Source: Candidatus Chisholmbacteria bacterium RIFCSPHIGHO2_01_FULL_52_32
Lineage (GTDB): Bacteria > Patescibacteriota > Microgenomatia > UBA1400 > Chisholmbacteraceae
Assembly (NCBI GenBank): GCA_001816585.1
Contig: MHCJ01000003.1
Span: forward strand, 156,228-220,227
Direction: 5' to 3'
Length of the DNA: 64,000 nucleotides
Both the position numbers and the translations under genes were made by a program. The notes below the pieces were generated by a model. That model was not told the origin of the DNA, searched no databases, and saw only the letters and a list, made by a program, of their open reading frames with translations. The stretch's first letter is position 1, and each line of letters begins with the position of its first letter. Below are positions 57,839-64,000 of the stretch, piece by piece.

Positions 57839-58453
57839 AATTCTCCGATAATTCCTTCCGGCACGTTTTTATTTTTTTCATGAGGGCATGAGATAGGGGA
57901 GAGACACCCGTTATTTCCCGGTACGGACAGCGTTGAACCAACATTCTTCAAGAGTAATAACCTATAATAATTATTATTTTCACGGTATCGGTGATTATGT
58001 TTTCACAGAATAGCAATTGGGGAGCCTGACTGCTTTTTGCCCACTATTTCCTTGAGATGATATGATCGTTTATTCTGATGTACCCGTCTTATTTGAATTT
58101 GCCGATTGAAGGGTACAGATTGTGTGCAGCTCTCCGAAACGGTCGCCCCGGTTTTATTTGTGGATAACCTAAGGCTTCATCTTGAGGAAATGATATAGTT
58201 TGTATCACTGAAAAAGTCTCCGGGCACATCCTTTGGGGAGCAGTGTTGAGAATAATACCCGAATAAGACTTTGCCGGCTTTTGAAGAAGCGGTGAAGGAT
58301 CATAGGCTCGTTCAATTTCCATATCGTCTCAGATAGATTTTTTATTTGCATCAGTGGAGATAAATGTGCGTTATTTTGTCCTGCTTTAGCAAAATGGTCC
58401 ACTTCTCCAAGGGAGGTGTGTATATGGGGAAGGAAGGCTTTCCAGGCTCATTA

Positions 58454-58481
58454 ATGTCGCACAATATAACTTTTACGACAT
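58454..58481. other. dif-like Xer recombination site (11-6-11)
   Basis: ATGTCGCACAA-TATAAC-TTTTACGACAT, arms 8/11 complementary; about 1 kb from the xer gene. Confidence 0.55.
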
Positions 58482-59447
58482 TGAAGCAGGATGGCTTGGG
58501 GCAGAGTGTTCGGAGCTTCCAGCTCATCATGTGCTATGGTTTCGCCCCGGTTACTTTCCCTCATTTACTCACAATTCTTTGGTTTTGTTCCTGCCCCGAA
58601 TTTCCCGGCTGCTTAAAATCCTTCAATTCGGAGAAAAACCCGAAGAGTTATGCATATTAGCGCTTCGTATCCGCCTTTTTGCAAATTCTCCACCGGTTTT
58701 TACCTTAGCTATCTAACACTAGTGGTTCAGCAGCCGTTTTAGACCTATCACAGAGCGTCTGCCAGATGTAAAACGCTTGTTTTTTGAGGTGATTCAAGGG
58801 TTTTCCGCAAGTAATAAGACGTGTTCAACATTAGATAGGGTGTTTCGGTGCGGGCCGGCGGGAAAATCCGCCAGTTGTGGCGTGCCGTTTCCAGTGGAAC
58901 TTCAATCTTTCGTTATCGATGCTGCTGATTCTTTCATTCATTCAATGTGCAATAGTGGTTCATGGTTATTGGTGCGTTGCTTTCTTAGGTTCCGGACGTT
59001 TCTTTCGCTTAGCCACTTTCGTTTATGCCCGCTTTTTAAGTGCAATTAGGGTCCACGACCGATCGAATCCCTGTTTTCCCGTTATTTGTTTGAAGAATAG
59101 TGACAAACGTTTCGCTTCCCCACCGTGGTTGACAATGGGGCTCATCCGTTTACATCGATCATGTCGCACAATATTGACATGGCCTCTCCGGATTTAGTAA
59201 GATGGTTTTCTATGCATCCGTTTTCTTTGCAAAGTGTCGTTCCTGCGGTCTCCCCTCCTCCCTACCGCATGTTTGCGGTTGGTCATCGCCCACCCTGCTT
59301 TCTATCTTATTGTATTTATCTCTCGGATAATGAACGATCACACTTATAGGCCTTCTCGATATTCGAATCCGGTGTGTAACCAAAACACACAATCAAAATG
59401 GATTGGTGCATCAATCCAATTTCAAAAATATACCTTTTTGGCAAGTC

Positions 59448-60446
59448 ATGTCTGAGACTGCTAACAAAACCCGAAAACCTATAGGAAAAACCTTCCTGAA
59501 AGCAAATTTTGACTCCAATCGTGAGCTTGATGAGCTGATGTTGCAGTTTCTCGAGTATCTTGAAGTTGAGCGGGGGGCAAGCCCTTACACAATCCGTAAC
59601 TATGCCTTTTACCTTAAGCGGTTCGATCAATGGTACACCCGTTCTTCTCCGCCCGGGGATATTCGGAAGCTTGATCTACCCATTATCCGTAAGTACCGCC
59701 TGTTTCTCTCCCGTTTTGTTGACGATCGGGGTCGATCGCTTTCCCGTGTGACCCAGAGTTATCATGCCATTGCCCTGCGATCGTGGTTAAAATGGCTAGT
59801 TCGGCACGGCTACGATGTCATTGCCCCCGACAATATCGAACTACCCAAGGTCCAGAGCCGCAGTTTGAAATTCCTTCCGAGAGAGGAAGTCGAGCGACTG
59901 CTTTCCCAACCGTCCATTTCCAATATCCGCGGTCTGCGGGATAAGGCGATCCTTGAGGTTCTCTTTTCCACCGGGCTTCGGGTATCAGAATTGGTTGGTT
60001 TAAACAGGGCTTCTATCGATCTTAAACGGAGAGAGTTCGGAGTGATCGGAAAAGGCGGTCGGGCGCGTGTCGTGTTTCTCTCAAAACGGGCTTCGTCTTG
60101 GACCGAGCGATACCTTGGTGCGCGGGTTGATCACTTCAAACCGCTGTTTATCCGGTTTGCCAAATGGAAGGTCGAACCACCGGCCGGCGGAGAAGCGGTG
60201 CGCCTGACCGTGCGAACGGTCCAGCGCATCGTCGAACGGTACGCCCGAGCTGCTCACCTTTCGGTCCGGATTACGCCCCATGGCCTGCGTCACAGCTTCG
60301 CAACAGACTTGTTGTCAGCAGGAGCCGGTATTCGTGAAGTTCAGGAGATGCTTGGACACAAGAACATCGCGACAACCCAGATTTATACGCATATAACGAA
60401 CCCGCAACTTCGCAATGTGCATGAGACGTTTCACGGAAAGAGCTAG
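59448..60446 (+). CDS. XerC/XerD-like tyrosine recombinase
   Basis: S.YT.RNY, RD.AILE.LFSTGLRVSEL, GKG, TPH.LRHSFAT, LGH....TTQIYTH. Confidence 0.93.
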   Translation: MSETANKTRKPIGKTFLKANFDSNRELDELMLQFLEYLEVERGASPYTIRNYAFYLKRFDQWYTRSSPPGDIRKLDLPIIRKYRLFLSRFVDDRGRSLSRVTQSYHAIALRSWLKWLVRHGYDVIAPDNIELPKVQSRSLKFLPREEVERLLSQPSISNIRGLRDKAILEVLFSTGLRVSELVGLNRASIDLKRREFGVIGKGGRARVVFLSKRASSWTERYLGARVDHFKPLFIRFAKWKVEPPAGGEAVRLTVRTVQRIVERYARAAHLSVRITPHGLRHSFATDLLSAGAGIREVQEMLGHKNIATTQIYTHITNPQLRNVHETFHGKS

Positions 60447-60458
60447 AGACGTTTTCGG

Positions 60459-63044
60459 TTATCGTTTCGGAGCGGCCGGGGTTTGATCAGCTTCATCTTC
60501 TTTTACCAGACTGGCAACGGCGGCAACCTTGTCGCCGGCTTTGGCGAAGCGCATGAGGATAACACCTTGGGTGGCTCGCTTGAGACGTGGTATATTTTTA
60601 AGGGGAAGCTTGATGACTTGGGCTTTGTGACTGGTCAGGATTATCTGATCGGTCGTTTGGTCGACAAACATGGCGCTTGTTATGTCGCCTGTCCGGTCGC
60701 TTAATGTGGCGACCTTGACCCCTTGCCCTCCCCGATGCTGGAGAGGGTATTGATCCAGGGGTGTCCGCTTCCCCATCCCCCGGTCGGTAACTACGAAAAG
60801 ATCTTTGAAGAATTTTTTCCTTCGATCCTTCGGTTGCTTTCCCAAAGGGGTGAACACTTCGACACCGACGACGAGGTCGTTTGCGGCAAGTTCGATCCCC
60901 CGAACACCCATGGTGTCGCGGGCGGTCGGCCGCACCTGGCTTTCCGAGAAGCGGATGGATTTGCCTTTCTTCGTCGCCAGGATCACGTGATCGTTTTCCT
61001 TGGCGACTTTGACCCAGACGAGCTCATCGCCTTCCGTAAGGACAATCGCAATGAGGCCATTCGACTTGATGTTTGCATATCCAGATAGCCGGCTCTTCTT
61101 CACGACCCCTTTCCGGGTTGCCATGAGCAGATACTGGTTTTGTGAAGCAAACCGCATCTCCGGGATCGGCAGGATGGTTTGGATTCTTTCATCCTGGTTG
61201 ATGTTGATGAGATTAATGACAGCCTGGCCTTTCGACTGTCGTGAACCCTGAGGGATTTCGTGGGTTACCAATTTATAGACCTTGCCGCGGTCGGTGAAAA
61301 ATAAGATCGCGTCGTGGGTATTGGCAGTCAGAAGATGCGCGACCGTATCTTCCTCCTTAGTGGTCATGCCGCTGACCCCTTTCCCTCCGCGGTGCTGAGA
61401 CCGGTAGGTTCCGATCGGCATGCGTTTGAGGTAGCCTGTTTCGGTCACGGTAACGAGAACCTCTTCGGACGGCACTAAATCTTTCATTCCCAATTCCTTT
61501 AACTTTGCCGGGTTGACCCTGGTACGTCGATCGTCGGCGAATTCGTGCCTGACTTTCCGAAGCTCCGCTCCTATGGCGCTTAAGATCTTTTTGGGGTCCT
61601 TAAGCAATGCAAGCAGCTCTTCGATGGTGAGGCGGATCGCCTTGTATTCGTCCTGGATTTTTTGTCTCTCAAGTGCGGCTAGCCGCCGAAGTTGCATATC
61701 CAAAATAGCCTGCGCTTGGATATCCGTGAGCTTGAAGTTTTTCATCAACCGCTCCTTTGCGATGTCCGCATCCGGAGAGCGGCGGATGGTTGAAATGACG
61801 GCGTCAAGATGGTCGAGGGCGATGATTAGCCCTTCAAGAATGTGGGCCCTCGCGCGTGCAGCCCTCAGCTCGAACTGGCTTCTGCGGACGACCACCAATT
61901 GTCGGTGTCGGATGTACTCCGAGAGGATGGTCTTTAAGGTCATCAGTTGCGGCGTGCCTTCATGATTTAGAGCCACCATGTTGGCGGGGAAGGACTGCTC
62001 AAGCTCCGTGTGTTTGAAGAGGTTGTTTAAAATTGCTTTGGGTTTGGCATCGCGTTTGAGATCTATCGCAACCCGCATCCCGTGGCGATCCGATTCATCC
62101 CGAAGGTCCGCGATACCCACGATGCGCTTGTCTTTGACCAGGTCCGCGATCTTTTCGACGAGACGGGCCTTGTTGACCTGATACGGGAGTTCGGTGATGA
62201 CAATTTGCATTTTCCCGCTCTTCGTTTGCTCGATTTCCGCCATTCCCCGAACCATGATTTTGCCCTTGCCCGTGGCATACACCTCGTGGATTGCCTCTGA
62301 ATCGTAAATGGTTCCGCCGGTTGGGAAATCCGGGCCTTTGATGGAGTTCAGGAGCTCGTCGGTTGAAACTTCCGAGACGAAGGTGCCGATGATGCTTTGG
62401 GGATCCGAAGTTTCCGGATTTTCGACTGGCTCCGGGTGATCCACTTTGCCAGTCTTTAAGAGCGCGTCAATTGCGTCCGCCACTTCGCCGAGGTTGTGCG
62501 GCGGGATTTTGGTCGCCATGCCAACGGCAATACCGTCTGAACCCATGATAAGGAGGTTTGGCAGAAGTCCCGGAAGCACGCTTGGTTCTTTCTGGGATCC
62601 GTCAAAATTATCGGTGAAATTAACCGTTTCTTTTTCAAGATCCGCGAGGAGCGCTTGGGAGATGCGGGCGAGTCTTGCCTCGGTATAGCGCATTGCAGCC
62701 GGAGAATCTCCGTCCACCGAGCCAAAGTTTCCCTGCCCATCGACGAGTGGGTAGCGCATGGAGAAGTCTTGGGCGAGGCGTACCAAGGCATCGTAGACCG
62801 CCATATCACCGTGCGGGTGGTATTTTCCCAGGACCTCTCCTACTATACGGGCGGATTTCTTGTAGGCAGAAGCGTGGGTAAGGTTCATCCCATGCATGGC
62901 AAACAGGATGCGGCGGTGAACCGGCTTTAACCCGTCGCGGACGTCTGGGAGTGCCCGGGCCACGATGACGCTCATCGCGTAATCCAAGTAACTGCGCTGC
63001 ATCTCTTGGGAGATTTCCGTCGGGAGAAGTTTTCCGATATCCAT
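60459..63044 (-). CDS. gyrA: DNA gyrase subunit A
   Basis: [27 protein letters not shown], GyrA box QHRGGKG. Confidence 0.97.
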   Translation of the reverse strand: MDIGKLLPTEISQEMQRSYLDYAMSVIVARALPDVRDGLKPVHRRILFAMHGMNLTHASAYKKSARIVGEVLGKYHPHGDMAVYDALVRLAQDFSMRYPLVDGQGNFGSVDGDSPAAMRYTEARLARISQALLADLEKETVNFTDNFDGSQKEPSVLPGLLPNLLIMGSDGIAVGMATKIPPHNLGEVADAIDALLKTGKVDHPEPVENPETSDPQSIIGTFVSEVSTDELLNSIKGPDFPTGGTIYDSEAIHEVYATGKGKIMVRGMAEIEQTKSGKMQIVITELPYQVNKARLVEKIADLVKDKRIVGIADLRDESDRHGMRVAIDLKRDAKPKAILNNLFKHTELEQSFPANMVALNHEGTPQLMTLKTILSEYIRHRQLVVVRRSQFELRAARARAHILEGLIIALDHLDAVISTIRRSPDADIAKERLMKNFKLTDIQAQAILDMQLRRLAALERQKIQDEYKAIRLTIEELLALLKDPKKILSAIGAELRKVRHEFADDRRTRVNPAKLKELGMKDLVPSEEVLVTVTETGYLKRMPIGTYRSQHRGGKGVSGMTTKEEDTVAHLLTANTHDAILFFTDRGKVYKLVTHEIPQGSRQSKGQAVINLININQDERIQTILPIPEMRFASQNQYLLMATRKGVVKKSRLSGYANIKSNGLIAIVLTEGDELVWVKVAKENDHVILATKKGKSIRFSESQVRPTARDTMGVRGIELAANDLVVGVEVFTPLGKQPKDRRKKFFKDLFVVTDRGMGKRTPLDQYPLQHRGGQGVKVATLSDRTGDITSAMFVDQTTDQIILTSHKAQVIKLPLKNIPRLKRATQGVILMRFAKAGDKVAAVASLVKEDEADQTPAAPKR

Positions 63045-63113
63045 TTAATTAAACTTTCAACTTTTTCACTCTATACCATAAGAAGCCAAGAGACTGCAAA
63101 ATAGGAAGCTAAT

Positions 63114-64000
63114 CTAGGTGGTGGTTTGTTGGGCCTTATTGATGGAGAATACCAGGATTGCCGCACCTATCCCGAGCATGAGCCAATGGAGTGGGGTTAA
63201 GGTCTTGGTGGCAACGATCATAGGAGCAATCAGGAGCGCGACCAAATTCATCACTTTGATTAAAGGATTCATGGCAGGACCGGAAGTATCTTTCAGCGGG
63301 TCGCCAACGGTATCTCCGACCACCGTAGCCTTGTGCGGATCGGACCCCTTTCCTCCGTATAAACCTTCCTCAATCATCTTTTTGGCATTGTCCCAGGCAC
63401 CTCCGGTATTGGCCATGAAAACGGCCAAGAGTTGTCCGGTGAGGATCGTTCCCGCCAGGTACGCGCCCAAAGCTTCGGCCTTCAGCAAAAATCCGACCAA
63501 GATGGGAACGATGATGGCGATAAGGGCCGGGGCTGTCAATGCTCCGAGGGCGGCCTTGGTGGTGAGATCAACGACCCTGGCGTAGTCGGGTTTCTGGGTT
63601 CCCTCCATGATGCCTGGCATTTCTTTAAATTGGCGTCTGACCTCGTTGATGATCGCGAAGGCACTGTCAGAGACGGCCTTGATGGTCAGGGACGAGAAGA
63701 GGAAGGGGATGGCTCCGCCGATCAGGAAACCGACGAAGACCGCGGGGTGGGCGATGTTTATTCCCGGAAGGTGGGCGTCGGTGAGGTACGATTCAAACAG
63801 CGAAACCGCTGCCACGACAGCCGAGGCGATGGCAAAGCCTTTGGTTGTGGCTTTGGTGGTATTCCCGATGGCATCCAGTTTCGGTAATACATCGAGTGCC
63901 TTCCCCTTGATGCCTGTCAGCTCGGCGATTCCTTGGGCGTTATCGGCAACTGGCCCGAACGAGTCCATGGAAACGATAAACCCGGTAGTGGTCAGCATTC
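63114..64000 (-). CDS. hppA: Membrane-bound H+/Na+-translocating pyrophosphatase (3' part; runs off the window)
   Basis: DNAQGIAE, LDAIGNTTKATTKG, GGAWDNAKK, GDTVGDPLKDTSGP. Confidence 0.95.
   Translation of the reverse strand, partial: MLTTTGFIVSMDSFGPVADNAQGIAELTGIKGKALDVLPKLDAIGNTTKATTKGFAIASAVVAAVSLFESYLTDAHLPGINIAHPAVFVGFLIGGAIPFLFSSLTIKAVSDSAFAIINEVRRQFKEMPGIMEGTQKPDYARVVDLTTKAALGALTAPALIAIIVPILVGFLLKAEALGAYLAGTILTGQLLAVFMANTGGAWDNAKKMIEEGLYGGKGSDPHKATVVGDTVGDPLKDTSGPAMNPLIKVMNLVALLIAPMIVATKTLTPLHWLMLGIGAAILVFSINKAQQTTT

Noticed and set aside
58159-58167. Perfect DnaA box TGTGGATAA suggesting oriC
   Set aside because: Single box, no dnaA or dnaN nearby, and genes converge on this region instead of diverging.
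58089-59455. Short ORFs in the low-GC region
   Set aside because: Overlapping, Cys/Phe/Ser-rich and motif-free; consistent with non-coding DNA.
59448-60446. Prophage or island integrase
   Set aside because: XerC/D-like size and motifs, flanked by housekeeping genes, no phage cargo.

Overview
A bacterial chromosome segment (genetic code 11) that looks like Patescibacteria/CPR, probably Microgenomates: short EF-Ts, short ProS and YchF, a DUF5656-like gene, and many apparently leaderless genes. It is mostly housekeeping (rpsB-tsf-frr-rseP-proS, dnaX-ybaB-recR, cysS, ychF, rpsF-ssb-rpsR, prfA, rpmE, hisS, dnaB, efp, lgt-dksA-lspA-rluA-tgt, xer, gyrA, hppA), with an accessory stretch at about 12-33 kb (NDT-RHH pair, ygeW, bpsA-speD, holin-like gene, amidase, metal ABC transporter, AbrB-Doc). 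The most striking features are non-coding. (1) Between dnaB and efp, a complete tRNA-Leu(CAA) sits inside the anticodon arm of a second tRNA-Leu-like gene, which also has palindromic inserts in its D and T loops. (2) The same small palindrome families recur elsewhere, including a 63-nt in-frame insert in ychF. (3) Heptamer-repeat tracts flank a four-helix-bundle gene in inverted orientation, often begin at stop codons, and lie in frame inside proS, recR and cysS. (4) Two diverged copies of a roughly 200-270 nt structured element share a covarying pseudoknot/triplex-like head. (5) An AT-richer non-coding region with a dif-like 11-6-11 site lies next to a Xer recombinase gene. All calls come from reading the sequence and recalled family motifs; no database searches were run.
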